From positions 1,575,401 through 1,639,400 of the forward strand of contig JAWKIO010000005.1 in NCBI GenBank assembly GCA_041394265.1: a stretch of 64,000 bases of DNA, given 5' to 3'. The notes beneath the pieces are model-generated. The model did not search any database and was not told where the DNA came from. It worked only from the letters and a program-made list of their open reading frames with translations. The DNA comes from Acidimicrobiales bacterium. Its GTDB lineage: Bacteria; Actinomycetota; Acidimicrobiia; Acidimicrobiales; SZUA-35. Shown here one piece after another: positions 51,087 to 61,593 of the stretch. The translations under genes and the position numbers were made by a program. Every line of letters begins with the position of its first letter. Position 1 is the first letter of the stretch.

Positions 51087-51658
51087 CAGTTGACCTCTAC
51101 CGCTTCACTGCGATGAGCGCGCTGTGTCTCGTTGTAGGCCTCGAGCATGCCCTTCGGCGTGAACTCCGAAGGATCGAGACCCCGCAGGCGAGCGACCTCG
51201 TCGGGGCGCTTGAGACCCTGCAGGGCGTTGATGGTGGCTCGGGCCACGTTGATCTGGTTGGCGGAACCGAGCGACTTGCACAGGATGTCGCGGATGCCGG
51301 CCTCTTCGAGGATGGCACGAGCAGCACCACCGGCGATGACGCCGGTACCGGGGGCGGCCGGCTTGAGGAGCACGCGACCAGCGCCCTGTTCTCCGAGGAT
51401 GGGATGCGTGATGGTGCCGCCGGCCATGGGCACGTCGAACATCAGCTTCCGGGCCTCTTCGGTGCCCTTCTGAATGGCGAGGGGCACTTCCTTGGCCTTG
51501 CCGTAGCCGAGACCGACTCGGCCGTTGCCGTCACCGAGCACGACGAGTGCGGTGAAGGCGAAACGGCGTCCGCCCTTGACCACCTTGGAGACTCGGTTGA
51601 TGGTGATGACTCGTGACTCACGGCCATCGCCGCGGTCGTTTCGATTGTCGTTGGCCAT
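51086..51658 (-). CDS. rpsE: 30S ribosomal protein S5
   Basis: ORF trimmed to ATG 51658. Contains [21 protein letters not shown]. Confidence 0.95.
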   Translation of the reverse strand: MANDNRNDRGDGRESRVITINRVSKVVKGGRRFAFTALVVLGDGNGRVGLGYGKAKEVPLAIQKGTEEARKLMFDVPMAGGTITHPILGEQGAGRVLLKPAAPGTGVIAGGAARAILEEAGIRDILCKSLGSANQINVARATINALQGLKRPDEVARLRGLDPSEFTPKGMLEAYNETQRAHRSEAVEVN

Positions 51659-51668
51659 TGCGATTCTC

Positions 51669-52031
51669 CTAGAACTCGAGCCCGGCTTCGCGGGCGGCGT
51701 CGGCCACCGCTGCGACCCGGCCGTGATAGCGGTTGCCGCCACGGTCGAACACGACCGTGGTGACGCCTGCGGCCTTGGCCCGCTCACCGATCTTGGTACC
51801 AACGGCGGTGGCGGTGACCACATTGCCGGTGGTGGCGGTGCGAAGCTCGGCTTCGTAGCTGGAGGCAGCGGCGATCGTGCGGCCGACCGAGTCGTCGATC
51901 AGCTGGACGCTGATGTGACGGTTCGACCGGAACACGGCCAGACGCGGACGCTCGGTGGTACCGACGACCTTCTTGCGCACTCGGCGCTGACGCCGACTGC
52001 GGGCGGCGGCTTTGACGTTGGTCTTCGCCAT
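51669..52031 (-). CDS. rplR: 50S ribosomal protein L18
   Basis: 120 aa, ...[20 protein letters not shown]... ending AAREAGLEF. Confidence 0.96.
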   Translation of the reverse strand: MAKTNVKAAARSRRQRRVRKKVVGTTERPRLAVFRSNRHISVQLIDDSVGRTIAAASSYEAELRTATTGNVVTATAVGTKIGERAKAAGVTTVVFDRGGNRYHGRVAAVADAAREAGLEF

Positions 52032-52570
52032 TACTTACCTGCCTTTCCGGCCTTGCGCACGACGCGCTCGCCGGCATAGCGGACACCCTTGCCCTTGTAG
52101 GGCTCGGGCTTGCGGTAGGCCCGGATCACTGCCGCGACCTGACCCACGGCCTGCTTGTCGATACCGATGACGCCGATCTTGGTGGGCTCGGGGACATCGA
52201 AGGTGATCCCTTCGGGCGCCTGCACCTCGACCGGGTGGCTGAAGCCGAGCGCCAGCTCGATCTTGTCGGGCCCCTTGGCCGCAGCGCGGTAACCGACGCC
52301 GACGATCTCGAGGTCCTTGCGGAACCCTTCGCTCACGCCGATGACCATGTTGTTGATCAGCGATCGGTTGAGGCCGTGAAGGGCGCGGGACGAACGCTCG
52401 TCGGTGGCGCGATCGACGGTGATGGTGTCGTCATCGACCGTGACCGAGATGACGTCGGGCACGGTGTGGGTCAAGGAACCCTTCGAGCCCTTGACGGTCA
52501 CGTCCTGGCCCGACACGGTGACGTCGACGCCCTTCGGGATGGAAATGGGTGCTTTGCCAATTCGAGACAT
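52031..52570 (-). CDS. rplF: 50S ribosomal protein L6
   Basis: 179 aa, [17 protein letters not shown]... Confidence 0.96.
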   Translation of the reverse strand: MSRIGKAPISIPKGVDVTVSGQDVTVKGSKGSLTHTVPDVISVTVDDDTITVDRATDERSSRALHGLNRSLINNMVIGVSEGFRKDLEIVGVGYRAAAKGPDKIELALGFSHPVEVQAPEGITFDVPEPTKIGVIGIDKQAVGQVAAVIRAYRKPEPYKGKGVRYAGERVVRKAGKAGK

Positions 52571-52576
52571 GGCGGC

Positions 52577-52981
52577 CTACCAGACGTAGCAGAGGACCTC
52601 ACCGCCGACCTTGGCCTTGCGAGCCTCACGGTCGGTGACGAGTCCATTGCTGGTGGAGAGAACGGCGACCCCGAGTCCACCGAGGACACGCGGGATCGAA
52701 TCGGACTTCGAGTACACCCGCAGGCCCGGCTTGGACACACGCTTGATGCCAGAGATGACACGCTCGCGTTCCGGGGAGTACTTCATGTTGATGCTCAGCG
52801 TGCGGCCCACGCCCGACTCGTTGTCGGTTGCGGTGTACTCGCCGATGTAGCCCTCGCTGTAGAGGACAGCGGCCAGAGCCTCTTTGAGCTTTGACGACGG
52901 CATCGCCACCTCGTCGTGCATCGCGATGTTCGCGTTGCGGATGCGGGTGAGCATGTCGGCGATCGGATCGGTCATTGCCAT
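52577..52981 (-). CDS. rpsH: 30S ribosomal protein S8
   Basis: 134 aa, [16 protein letters not shown]... Confidence 0.96.
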   Translation of the reverse strand: MAMTDPIADMLTRIRNANIAMHDEVAMPSSKLKEALAAVLYSEGYIGEYTATDNESGVGRTLSINMKYSPERERVISGIKRVSKPGLRVYSKSDSIPRVLGGLGVAVLSTSNGLVTDREARKAKVGGEVLCYVW

Positions 52982-52995
52982 TGTGTGCTACCTCC

Positions 52996-53181
52996 TCACC
53001 AGCTCGACTTCGTGACGCCAGGGAGCTCCCCGGCGTGTGCCATGTCTCGGAAGCAGATACGGCAGAGACCGAAGCGCCGGTAGACGGCGTGCGGGCGACC
53101 GCACTTCTGGCAACGGGTGTAGCCCCGCACCTTGAACTTCGGCTTCTTCTGCTGCTTGAGTTTGAGCGCCTTCTTTGCCAT
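52996..53181 (-). CDS. rpsN: 30S ribosomal protein S14 type Z
   Basis: 61 aa with zinc motif [20 protein letters not shown]. Confidence 0.95.
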   Translation of the reverse strand: MAKKALKLKQQKKPKFKVRGYTRCQKCGRPHAVYRRFGLCRICFRDMAHAGELPGVTKSSW

Positions 53182-53756
53182 TACTGGGCCTGCCCCTCGC
53201 GTCGGAACGGGAATCCGAAGGCGGTGAGAAGTGCCCGTCCTTCGTCGTCGGATGAAGCCGTCGTGACGATGGTGATGTCCATGCCACGGGTTGCGTCGAC
53301 GGTGTCGTAGTCGATCTCGGGGAACATGAGCTGCTCGTTCAAACCGAACGTGTAGTTCCCCATACCGTCGAACGAGCGGGGGTTGAGGCCGCGGAAGTCA
53401 CGGATGCGTGGAATCGACAGCGTCACGAGACGGTCGAAGAACTCCCACATCCTGTCGCCCCGAAGGGTGACCTTGGTGCCGATGGCGTTGCCCTGGCGCA
53501 GCTTGAAGCTGGCCAGCGACTTCTTCGCTCGGGTGATGACCGGCTTCTGGCCGGCGATCAGGGCGAGGTCGTTGGCGGCGTTCTCGAGGGTCTTCGAGTT
53601 GGCCAAGGCCTCCCCGACACCCATGTTGATGACGATCTTGGTCATGCGAGGGACCATCATCACGTTTGGCAGCTCGAGGTCGGCCTTGAGCTGGTCACGG
53701 ATCTCGTCGTTGTACTTCGCCTTCATGCGAGGCACCGACGTCGTGGAGGAGCTCAC
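53181..53756 (-). CDS. rplE: 50S ribosomal protein L5
   Basis: 191 aa, ...[15 protein letters not shown]... Confidence 0.96.
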   Translation of the reverse strand: MSSSTTSVPRMKAKYNDEIRDQLKADLELPNVMMVPRMTKIVINMGVGEALANSKTLENAANDLALIAGQKPVITRAKKSLASFKLRQGNAIGTKVTLRGDRMWEFFDRLVTLSIPRIRDFRGLNPRSFDGMGNYTFGLNEQLMFPEIDYDTVDATRGMDITIVTTASSDDEGRALLTAFGFPFRREGQAQ

Positions 53757-54076
53757 TCGTTCACCTCCGGGATCTCCTGGCCGCTACGGCGGCAAATGCG
53801 AGTCTTGTTGCCCTCGGCGTCGATCTTGTAGCCGACGCGGGTGGGCTTGCCGTCGGCCGGGCTGATCACCGCGACGTTGGAGGCATCGAGCGGCATCGGC
53901 TTGTCGACGATGCCACCGGGCTCCTCGGCCGAGCGGGGCTTGGTGTGGCGCTTGGCGATATTGATGCCTTCGACGACGACCTTGTTGCGCTCGGGAATGG
54001 CCTGCGTGACCACGCCCTCACGCCCGCGGTCCTTGCCGGCGAGCACCTGCACGCGGTCACCCTTGCGGATCTTCAT
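53753..54076 (-). CDS. rplX: 50S ribosomal protein L24
   Basis: 107 aa, [18 protein letters not shown]. Confidence 0.96.
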   Translation of the reverse strand: MKIRKGDRVQVLAGKDRGREGVVTQAIPERNKVVVEGINIAKRHTKPRSAEEPGGIVDKPMPLDASNVAVISPADGKPTRVGYKIDAEGNKTRICRRSGQEIPEVNE

Positions 54077-54444
54077 CAGAGCACCTCCGGGGCGAGCGAA
54101 ACGATGCGCATGAACTTCTTGTCACGCAGCTCACGACCGACCGGGCCGAAGATGCGCGTGCCGCGCGGGTTGCGCTGATCGTTGATCAGCACGGCGGCGT
54201 TCTCGTCGAAGCGGATGTAGCTCCCGTCGGGGCGACGGCGCTCCTTCTTCGTGCGGACGACGACGCACTTGACGACGTCGCCCTTCTTCACGGCGGCGCC
54301 GGGGATGGCGTCCTTCACCGAGGCGACGAAGATGTCGCCGATGCCGGCATAGCGACGGCGGGATCCGCCGAGCACCTTGATGCAGAGCACCTCGCGAGCG
54401 CCGGAGTTGTCGGCGACCCGGAGTCGGGTTTCCTGCTGGATCAT
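54076..54444 (-). CDS. rplN: 50S ribosomal protein L14
   Basis: ORF trimmed to ATG 54444 ([16 protein letters not shown]). ATGA overlap with the rpsQ stop. Confidence 0.96.
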   Translation of the reverse strand: MIQQETRLRVADNSGAREVLCIKVLGGSRRRYAGIGDIFVASVKDAIPGAAVKKGDVVKCVVVRTKKERRRPDGSYIRFDENAAVLINDQRNPRGTRIFGPVGRELRDKKFMRIVSLAPEVL

Positions 54445-54719
54445 CGTGCACGCTCCATGATTTCGAGGAGGCGCCACCGCTTCTTCTTCGACAGCGGACG
54501 GGTCTCGACGATGCGAACCCGGTCGCCAACGTTGAGGGTGTTCTCCTCATCGTGGACGAAGAGGCGAGACGACTTCTGCACCGTCTTCGAGTACTGCGGA
54601 TGGCGGGACCGGCTGGTCACCTCGACCACGGCGGTCTTGTCCATCCCGGCCGAACGCACGAGGCCCTCACGGACCTTGCGCCGGGTGTTGCGGGGCTTGG
54701 CTTCTTGCTCAGCCATCAC
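54441..54719 (-). CDS. rpsQ: 30S ribosomal protein S17
   Basis: 92 aa, ...[10 protein letters not shown]...[23 protein letters not shown]. Confidence 0.95.
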   Translation of the reverse strand: MMAEQEAKPRNTRRKVREGLVRSAGMDKTAVVEVTSRSRHPQYSKTVQKSSRLFVHDEENTLNVGDRVRIVETRPLSKKKRWRLLEIMERAR

Positions 54720-54916
54720 GACTCCTGACCAGCGAGCTCACGGGCTCGCATTTCGGTGCGGATCCGAGCGGCCTGGCGCTTGACCTGCTTCATTCGGGCG
54801 GTGTTCTCGAGCTGACCGGTGGCCAACTGGAACCTCAGGTTGAACAGCTCGCGCTTGGCATCGGCCAGGGCGCCGTTCAACTCCTCAACGGACTGATCTC
54901 GGAGATTCTCAGGCAT
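54716..54916 (-). CDS. rpmC: 50S ribosomal protein L29
   Basis: ORF trimmed to ATG 54916 (preceded by GAGAGGA). Contains [16 protein letters not shown]. Confidence 0.93.
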   Translation of the reverse strand: MPENLRDQSVEELNGALADAKRELFNLRFQLATGQLENTARMKQVKRQAARIRTEMRARELAGQES

Positions 54917-55331
54917 CGAAACCGTCCTCTCGGGCAATGACACGTGCCTTGACCGGCAACTTCTGGATGGCGCGCTCCATGGCGCTACGAGCGATCGCTT
55001 CGTCGGGGAAGGACAGCTCGAAGATGACGCGGCCGGGCTTGACCACGGCCACCCATCGCTCCGGGTTGCCCTTGCCGGAACCCATGCGGGTCTCGGCCGG
55101 CTTCTCGGTGACGGGCTTGTCGGGGAACACGTTGATCCAGACCTTGCCGCCTCGGCGGATGTGGCGGGTCATCGCGATACGTGCGGCCTCGATCTGGCGG
55201 GCGGTGATCCACCCCGGCTCGAGGACCTGGATGCCGTACTCCCCGAAGGAGACCTTCGTGGCACCCTTGGCTGATCCGGTCATGCGCCCGCGGTGCTGCT
55301 TGCGGTGCTTGACCTTTCGTGGCATCAACAT
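54909..55331 (-). CDS. rplP: 50S ribosomal protein L16
   Basis: 140 aa, [17 protein letters not shown]. Confidence 0.97.
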   Translation of the reverse strand: MLMPRKVKHRKQHRGRMTGSAKGATKVSFGEYGIQVLEPGWITARQIEAARIAMTRHIRRGGKVWINVFPDKPVTEKPAETRMGSGKGNPERWVAVVKPGRVIFELSFPDEAIARSAMERAIQKLPVKARVIAREDGFDA

Positions 55332-56224
55332 CAGTCGCCGTCCTCCGGCCGGAAGTGTGGGGTTTCGGCCGACGAGTGCGAAAGCTTGGCCTCGATGGCC
55401 TCTTCCTCGGCGAGGAGTCGCTCGAACTCGGGATCGGCCTCTTTGACGAGTGGCTCGGCCTCGGCAGCGTCGTCGGGGCGAGCGGTGGCCCGGCGCCGTG
55501 ACGACACGACCTTCTTCGGCACATCGGGTGCACCGGCGGTCTCACCGACGGCCAGTGCTGCCTCGACGACGGCCTTGTCCTGGCTTGGCTTGTAGGGAAG
55601 GATGTCGCCCTTGTAGAGCCACACCTTCACACCGATGCGACCGGCGGTGGTGTGCGCCTCGCGCAGGCCGTAGTCGATGTCGGCGCGCAGGGTGTGCAGG
55701 GGCACCTGACCCTCGCGGTACCACTCGGTACGGCTCATCTCGGCGCCGCCGAGGCGGCCCGACGACTGGATCCGGATGCCCTTGGCCCCGGCCTTCATCG
55801 CGTTCTGCACGGCCCGCTTCATCGCACGGCGGAAGGCCATACGACCAACGAGCTGGTCGGCAACACCCTGAGCAATCAGGGCGGCGTCGAGCTCGGGATG
55901 CTTGATCTCGATGATGTTGAGCTTGGCCCGAGCGTTGCCGGTGATCTTGGTGAGACCCTGGCGGAGACGATCGGCCTCGGAGCCCTTGCGACCGATGACG
56001 ATGCCCGGACGAGCGGTGTGCACATCGATCTGGAGCTTGTCAGAGGTGCGCTCGACCTCGATGCGGCTGATCGCTGCGTTGGGCAGCTGTTCCATCAGGT
56101 AGGTCCGAATGGCGTGGTCCTCGTGGAGGAAGTTGCGGTACTCCGCACCATCGGCGATCCAGCGCGACTTCCATTCGGTGGTGATCCCGAGGCGGAAGCC
56201 GTACGGGTTGATCTTCTGGCCCAT
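55331..56224 (-). CDS. rpsC: 30S ribosomal protein S3 (with acidic C-terminal tail of about 70 aa)
   Basis: 297 aa, [18 protein letters not shown]... The tail is rich in Ala, Glu and Asp. Confidence 0.96.
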   Translation of the reverse strand: MGQKINPYGFRLGITTEWKSRWIADGAEYRNFLHEDHAIRTYLMEQLPNAAISRIEVERTSDKLQIDVHTARPGIVIGRKGSEADRLRQGLTKITGNARAKLNIIEIKHPELDAALIAQGVADQLVGRMAFRRAMKRAVQNAMKAGAKGIRIQSSGRLGGAEMSRTEWYREGQVPLHTLRADIDYGLREAHTTAGRIGVKVWLYKGDILPYKPSQDKAVVEAALAVGETAGAPDVPKKVVSSRRRATARPDDAAEAEPLVKEADPEFERLLAEEEAIEAKLSHSSAETPHFRPEDGD

Positions 56225-57024
56225 CAGGCGTCTCCCTCGGTCTCGGCAGCAGCGTCATCGTCGGTCTCGGCGGCCTGGCCGGCCGGCTTGGAGTACCCGG
56301 CTGCCTCGGCAGCCTCCTCGGTGGCGAACCACACTTCGGCGGAGGTCCGCTCGTAGTGCGGGCTGTCGGGGTTGTGGTAGATCATCGAGTCGGCATTGCC
56401 CTTGATCGGGAAGCCCTCGGGCATGATCGACGGATCGCCGTCGACCAGACCGTGGCTGCCCTCACCGTGGGGAGCATCGACGGCCGCAGTCTCCTCCACT
56501 GCAGCGTCCTCGGCAGCTGCCTCGTCGACCACCTCGTCGGCGGGGGCTTCGTCGGTTGGCTGGTCGGCGCGTGACTTGGCGACACGACGGCTCCGAGCGG
56601 CAGCGGCGTCGGCGTTCCCGCCACGACGCTCGGCCCGGTTGCGCAGACGATCGAGCTCGTCATCGTTCAGGCGGCTCACCACGATGGTGATGTGGCAGGT
56701 GCGCTTGTTGATACGACCGGCACGGCCACGAGCCCGGGGGCGGAACCGCTTGAGCGTGGGGCCCTCGTCGGCGTAGCACGCCGACACGTAGAGCTCCTCG
56801 GCCGGGATGTCGTCGTTGTGGCCTGCGTTGGCGATGGCCGAGTTCAGCACCTTCAGGATGTGCTCGGATGCGAGGCGCTCCGAGAAGGTGAGGATCTGGA
56901 TGGCCTCGCCGACGTTCTTGCCGCGGATGAGGTCGAGAACGACACGGGCCTTCGTCGCCGACATCCGCAAGTAGCGGACCTGGGCGCGAGTGCCGGGGCG
57001 CTCGTTGGTCTTCATTCCCGTCAT
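56224..57024 (-). CDS. rplV: 50S ribosomal protein L22 with C-terminal extension of about 150 aa
   Basis: 266 aa. The uL22 core runs to about HITIVVSR. It is followed by an Arg-rich linker, an acidic low-complexity region, and the module [39 protein letters not shown]. Confidence 0.93.
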   Translation of the reverse strand: MTGMKTNERPGTRAQVRYLRMSATKARVVLDLIRGKNVGEAIQILTFSERLASEHILKVLNSAIANAGHNDDIPAEELYVSACYADEGPTLKRFRPRARGRAGRINKRTCHITIVVSRLNDDELDRLRNRAERRGGNADAAAARSRRVAKSRADQPTDEAPADEVVDEAAAEDAAVEETAAVDAPHGEGSHGLVDGDPSIMPEGFPIKGNADSMIYHNPDSPHYERTSAEVWFATEEAAEAAGYSKPAGQAAETDDDAAAETEGDA

Positions 57025-57299
57025 CGGCGTCCTGACTTCTCTTGACCGGCGTGATACCGGAAGGTCCGCGTCGGCGAGAACTCGCCGAGCTTGTGGCCGA
57101 CCATCGACTCGGTGATGTACACCGGCACGTGCTTGCGTCCGTCGTGGACGGCGATGGTGTGGCCGACCATGTCGGGGATGATGGTCGAGCGGCGGGACCA
57201 GGTCTTGATCACACGCTTTTCGTTCTTGTCGTTGAGCTCGTCGACCTTCTTCAACAGATGGTCATCGACGAACGGGCCCTTCTTCAGGCTGCGCGGCAT
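57021..57299 (-). CDS. rpsS: 30S ribosomal protein S19
   Basis: 92 aa, [18 protein letters not shown]. Confidence 0.97.
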   Translation of the reverse strand: MPRSLKKGPFVDDHLLKKVDELNDKNEKRVIKTWSRRSTIIPDMVGHTIAVHDGRKHVPVYITESMVGHKLGEFSPTRTFRYHAGQEKSGRR

Positions 57300-57302
57300 G
57301 GC

Positions 57303-58139
57303 TTACCTCCGTCCGCCACGAGTCCGCCTGCGGCGGATGATCTGGTCATCAGATTTCTTGCCCTTCTTACGGGTACGGCCTTCCGGCTGTCCCCAGGGGG
57401 ACACCGGGTGACGACCACCCGAGGTCTTGCCTTCGCCGCCACCGTGGGGGTGGTCGACGGGGTTCATGGCGACACCACGAGTCTGCGGGCGCTTGCCCTT
57501 CCAACGCGACCGGCCGGCCTTGCCGACCTTGATCAGCTCGAACTCGGCATTGCCGACTTCGCCGACGGTGGCGATGCAGTCGATCGACACGCGCCGCATC
57601 TCGGTGGACGGCAGACGCAGGGTGGCGGTCTCGCCCTCCTTGGCCACGAGCTGGACGCTCGTGCCGGCCGAGCGGGCCATCTTGGCGCCGGCGCCCGGCT
57701 TGAGCTCGACGTTGTGGATCGTGGTACCGACGGGGATGAAGCGCATCGGCATGGCGTTGCCCGGTCGAATGTCAGACCCGGCACCCGACTGGACCGTGGC
57801 ACCGACCTCGAGGCCCTTGGGGGCCAGGATGTAGCGCTTCTCGCCGTCGCGGTAGTGCAACAGGGCGATCCGACAGTTGCGGTTCGGGTCGTACTCGATC
57901 GAAGCAACAGTGGCCGGAATGGCGTCCTTGTTGCGACGGAAGTCGATCACCCGATAGCGGCGCTTGTGACCACCACCGCGGTGACGAGAGGTCTTGCGAC
58001 CGTAGTTGTTGCGCCCACCGGTGCCCGACTGCTTGGCCAGCAGCGACTTCTCCGGGCTCGTCCGAGTGATCTCAGAGAAGTCGGAGGTGGTCTGGAACCG
58101 GCGGCCGGGGCTGGTTGGCTTGCGTTTGCGAATGGCCAT
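57303..58139 (-). CDS. rplB: 50S ribosomal protein L2
   Basis: ORF trimmed to ATG 58139 ([15 protein letters not shown]). Confidence 0.97.
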   Translation of the reverse strand: MAIRKRKPTSPGRRFQTTSDFSEITRTSPEKSLLAKQSGTGGRNNYGRKTSRHRGGGHKRRYRVIDFRRNKDAIPATVASIEYDPNRNCRIALLHYRDGEKRYILAPKGLEVGATVQSGAGSDIRPGNAMPMRFIPVGTTIHNVELKPGAGAKMARSAGTSVQLVAKEGETATLRLPSTEMRRVSIDCIATVGEVGNAEFELIKVGKAGRSRWKGKRPQTRGVAMNPVDHPHGGGEGKTSGGRHPVSPWGQPEGRTRKKGKKSDDQIIRRRRTRGGRR

Positions 58140-58149
58140 CAGTCGTTCC

Positions 58150-58443
58150 TCAGCTCGCGAAGAGCTCGATCTCACCCTCGGAAAGGGTGATCACGGCTCG
58201 CTTGACATCGGACCGCTTCGACCAGCGACCCGTCCGGCGATTCCGGACGCGCTTGCCCTTGCGGTTCATGGTGTTCACGTTCTTCACCTTCACGCCGGCG
58301 AAGATGGCTTCGACGGCATCGGCGATCTCGGGCTTCGAAGCCGACTTGGCGACTTCGAAGGTGTAGGCATTGAGCGCCTCGACCTGGAGGTAGGTCTTCT
58401 CGGACACGACCGGTCGGAGAATGACGTCGTGCGGATCCTTCAT
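58150..58443 (-). CDS. rplW: 50S ribosomal protein L23
   Basis: 97 aa, ...[11 protein letters not shown]... Confidence 0.95.
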   Translation of the reverse strand: MKDPHDVILRPVVSEKTYLQVEALNAYTFEVAKSASKPEIADAVEAIFAGVKVKNVNTMNRKGKRVRNRRTGRWSKRSDVKRAVITLSEGEIELFAS

Positions 58444-58444
58444 C

Positions 58445-59044
58445 TCAGGCCTCCTTCGCAGCGGTGGTGGGCAGCGTGGCGGTGGTGAAGACCACGTAGT
58501 CGCTCACGAGCACGTCGTAGGTGTTGAGCTGATCGGCGGCGAGCAGGTGCACCTCGGGGAGGTTGCGCATGCTCTTCCAGGCGACCTCGTCGTTGCGGTC
58601 GAGCACGACCAGCGCACGACCGGTGACGCCGAGATCGGCCAGGGCTGCCTTGGCTGCCTTGGTGCTGGGAGCATCGAAGCCCCAGTTGGCAACGACCACG
58701 ACCTTGGACTCGGCTGCGCGGTCCGACAGGGCGGACCGCAGCGCCAGGCGCTTCATCTTCTTGTTGGTGCGCTCGGAGTAGTCACGAGGGCGAGGTCCAT
58801 GGACCGTGCCGCCGCCGATCCAGATCGGTGAGCGGGTCGAGCCGGCGCGGGCACGACCGGTGCCCTTCTGCTTCCACGGCTTGGCGCCGCCACCTCGAAC
58901 CTCGGTTCGAGTCTTCGTCTTGTGCGTGCCGGCGCGCTTGGCGGCGAGCTGGGCATTCACGACCTGGTGCATCACACCGACGTTGGGTTCGACACCGAAG
59001 ATGGCGGGGTCGAGTTCGACGATCGTCTTCTCTACCGACATCAC
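58445..59044 (-). CDS. rplD: 50S ribosomal protein L4
   Basis: 199 aa, ...[19 protein letters not shown]... Confidence 0.96.
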   Translation of the reverse strand: MMSVEKTIVELDPAIFGVEPNVGVMHQVVNAQLAAKRAGTHKTKTRTEVRGGGAKPWKQKGTGRARAGSTRSPIWIGGGTVHGPRPRDYSERTNKKMKRLALRSALSDRAAESKVVVVANWGFDAPSTKAAKAALADLGVTGRALVVLDRNDEVAWKSMRNLPEVHLLAADQLNTYDVLVSDYVVFTTATLPTTAAKEA

Positions 59045-59682
59045 GAGCTCACTTTCACCGCGTTGCGGATGATGACCGTGCCGCCGCGAGGTCCGGGAAC
59101 CGCGCCCTTGACGAGAAGCAGGTTCTGCTCGGCGTCGGACTGCACGATCTTGAGGTTCTGGGTGGTGACCCGCTCGTTACCCGAGTGGCCGGCCATCTTC
59201 ATGCCCTTGAACACACGAGATGGCGTGGCGCACTGGCCGATCGAGCCGGGCATGCGGTGCACGAGGTGCGTACCGTGCGTGGCCTTCTGGCCCGAGAAGT
59301 TGTGACGCTTCATGACACCGGTGAAGCCCTTGCCCTTGCTGGTGCCGATGGCGTCGACGACTTCGCCGGCCTCGAAGATCTCGGCGGTCAGTTCCTGACC
59401 GACCTCGAAGCTCGAGATGTCGGCGAGGCGAAGTTCGACCAGCTGGGTGCCGGCGGCGACACCGGCCTTGGCGAAGTGTCCGGCCTCGGGGCGGTTCAAT
59501 TTGTTGGCGTCTTTGTCGCCGACCGTGATCTGCACGGCGTCATACCCGTCGGTGGCGACCGTCTTGATCTGCACCACGCGACACGGGGACACCTTGATCA
59601 CGGTGACCGGGACGATGTTGTTGTTCTCGTCCCACACCTGAGTCATGCCGACTTTTTCGCCGACAATCGCTTTCTTCGTCAT
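59041..59682 (-). CDS. rplC: 50S ribosomal protein L3
   Basis: ORF 59041-59691 trimmed to ATG 59682 ([17 protein letters not shown]). Confidence 0.96.
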   Translation of the reverse strand: MTKKAIVGEKVGMTQVWDENNNIVPVTVIKVSPCRVVQIKTVATDGYDAVQITVGDKDANKLNRPEAGHFAKAGVAAGTQLVELRLADISSFEVGQELTAEIFEAGEVVDAIGTSKGKGFTGVMKRHNFSGQKATHGTHLVHRMPGSIGQCATPSRVFKGMKMAGHSGNERVTTQNLKIVQSDAEQNLLLVKGAVPGPRGGTVIIRNAVKVSS

Positions 59683-60043
59683 GCCTTCCACTTCCGTCAG
59701 CGGGCCTGGTTCGGGAGCGATTCCAGGCCGTTCACGTCAACGCTCCGCCAGGCGAAGCCGAGCGGAGCGAGATTTCGATTGTGCCAGCGGGTTTCCCGTG
59801 CTCCGTGGAGGGAGCGACTCGACGAGCGAGGACGCCCCAGGTGGAGCGCTGTGGGACCTGGCCGGACTTCAGTTGCCAAGTGGGGGAACCACTTGGGCCT
59901 GGCAAGGGTATCGAACCAACAACCCGCTTCCACCCTGTCCTCGACAACGTGACGAGCGACATCTGGCCGGACGCAGCGAGACCCGGGCGCTTGGCCCGGG
60001 TCTCGTCGTCAGTCGTGCTGGCCGGTCACTCGACCGGAACCCA
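59683..60043 (-). promoter_or_regulatory. 361-nt structured non-coding spacer / candidate leader of rplC-rplD
   Basis: No credible ORF. Contains several perfect GC-rich hairpins and three mutually exclusive helices 20-90 nt upstream of the rplC ATG (see findings). Confidence 0.5.
59977..60005 (-). terminator. perfect 12-bp hairpin downstream of rpsJ
   Basis: CGAGACCCGGGC-gcttg-GCCCGGGTCTCG, about 40 nt after the rpsJ stop, preceded by the smaller hairpin CCGGTC-actc-GACCGG (60022-60037). No U-tract. Confidence 0.45.
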
Positions 60044-60364
60044 CTACAGCTGCTGGATCTTGATCTCGATGTCGACACCCGCCGGCAGGTCGAGACGCTG
60101 GAGCGAGTCGACGGTCTTGGGGTTCGGCTCGAGGATGTCGATCAGACGCTTGTGGATCCGCATCTCGAAGTGCTCGCGGCTGTCTTTGTCCTTGTGCGGC
60201 GAACGGATGACACAGAACTTGTGCTTCTCAGTGGGCAGCGGGATGGGACCCCGGAACTCGGCGTTGGTACGAGCAACGGTCTCCACGATCTTCTTCGTGG
60301 ACTGATCGATCACCTCGTGGTCATAGGCCTTGAGGCGAATACGGATCTTCTGCTTGGCAGCCAT
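60044..60364 (-). CDS. rpsJ: 30S ribosomal protein S10
   Basis: 106 aa, [20 protein letters not shown]. Host-typical C-ending codons. Confidence 0.97.
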   Translation of the reverse strand: MAAKQKIRIRLKAYDHEVIDQSTKKIVETVARTNAEFRGPIPLPTEKHKFCVIRSPHKDKDSREHFEMRIHKRLIDILEPNPKTVDSLQRLDLPAGVDIEIKIQQL

Positions 60365-60375
60365 GGATGCAATCC

Positions 60376-61563
60376 CTACTTGATGATCTTGGTGACACGC
60401 CCGGCACCAACCGTACGCCCACCCTCACGAATCGCGAACCGCAAACCCTCATCCATCGCGATCGGATTGATCAACTCCACCGTCATCTCCGTGTTATCAC
60501 CCGGCATACACATCTCCGTACCCTCCGGCAACGTCACCGTCCCCGTGATATCCGTCGTACGGAAATAGAACTGCGGCCGATAATTCCCGAAGAACGGCTT
60601 ATGACGACCACCCTCCTCCTTCGACAACACATACACCTGCGCCTCAAAATCAGTATGCGGCGTAATCGAACCAGGCTTCGCCAACACCTGACCCCGCTGC
60701 ACCTGATCCTTCTCAATACCCCTCAACAACGCACCAACATTGTCACCAGCCTGCCCCGAATCCAACAACTTCCGGAACATCTCAACACCAGTACACGTCG
60801 TCTTCTGCGTCGGACGAATACCAACAATCTCGAGCGCATCGCCAACATTCACGACACCCTGCTCGATCTTCCCCGTCACCACCGTCCCACGACCAGTAAT
60901 CGAGAACACATCCTCAATCGGCATCAAGAACGGCTTATCCAAATCACGAGCCGGCTCCGGGATGTACTCATCCACCGCAGCCATCAACTCCATGATCTTG
61001 TCACCAGCAGCCTCGTCACCCTCCAACGCCTTCAACGCCGAAACATGCACCACCGGAACATCATCACCCGGGAACTCGTACTCAGAAAGAAGCTCACGAG
61101 CCTCCAACTCCACCAGCTCCAACAACTCCTCATCATCAACCATGTCAGCCTTGTTCAAAGCCACCACGATCGCAGGCACACCCACCTGACGAGCCAACAA
61201 CACATGCTCACGCGTCTGCGGCATCGGACCATCAGCAGCCGACACCACCAAAATCGCGCCATCCACCTGCGCCGCACCCGTAATCATGTTCTTGATGTAA
61301 TCCGCGTGACCCGGCATATCAACATGCGCGTAATGACGAGAATCCGTCTCATACTCCACATGCGACACATTGATCGTGATACCACGCTCACGCTCTTCAG
61401 GCGCCTTATCAATATTATCGAACGCCGTCGCCGTATTCCCAGCAACCCGATCCGACAACACCTTCGTAATCGCCGCCGTCAACGTCGTCTTCCCATGATC
61501 AATATGACCCATGGTCCCCACATTCACGTGAGGCTTATTACGCTCAAACTTTGCTTTTGCCAT
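60376..61563 (-). CDS. tuf: elongation factor Tu
   Basis: 395 aa, [28 protein letters not shown]... ending [14 protein letters not shown]. Actinobacterial-type protein sequence but anomalous codon usage. Confidence 0.98.
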   Translation of the reverse strand: MAKAKFERNKPHVNVGTMGHIDHGKTTLTAAITKVLSDRVAGNTATAFDNIDKAPEERERGITINVSHVEYETDSRHYAHVDMPGHADYIKNMITGAAQVDGAILVVSAADGPMPQTREHVLLARQVGVPAIVVALNKADMVDDEELLELVELEARELLSEYEFPGDDVPVVHVSALKALEGDEAAGDKIMELMAAVDEYIPEPARDLDKPFLMPIEDVFSITGRGTVVTGKIEQGVVNVGDALEIVGIRPTQKTTCTGVEMFRKLLDSGQAGDNVGALLRGIEKDQVQRGQVLAKPGSITPHTDFEAQVYVLSKEEGGRHKPFFGNYRPQFYFRTTDITGTVTLPEGTEMCMPGDNTEMTVELINPIAMDEGLRFAIREGGRTVGAGRVTKIIK

Positions 61564-61593
61564 TGGGGCGTGTTTCCTTTCAGATGGTTGGGG

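Noticed and set aside
59907-59917. tRNA T-loop-like GGTTCGATACC (minus strand) inside the rpsJ-rplC spacer; also GAAGTCCGG, reminiscent of RNase P
   Set aside because: The flanks cannot form a T-stem (GTTGG versus CCCTT). No acceptor, D or anticodon arms could be drawn, and no other RNase P or tmRNA core motifs were seen. Treated as part of an unclassified structured spacer.
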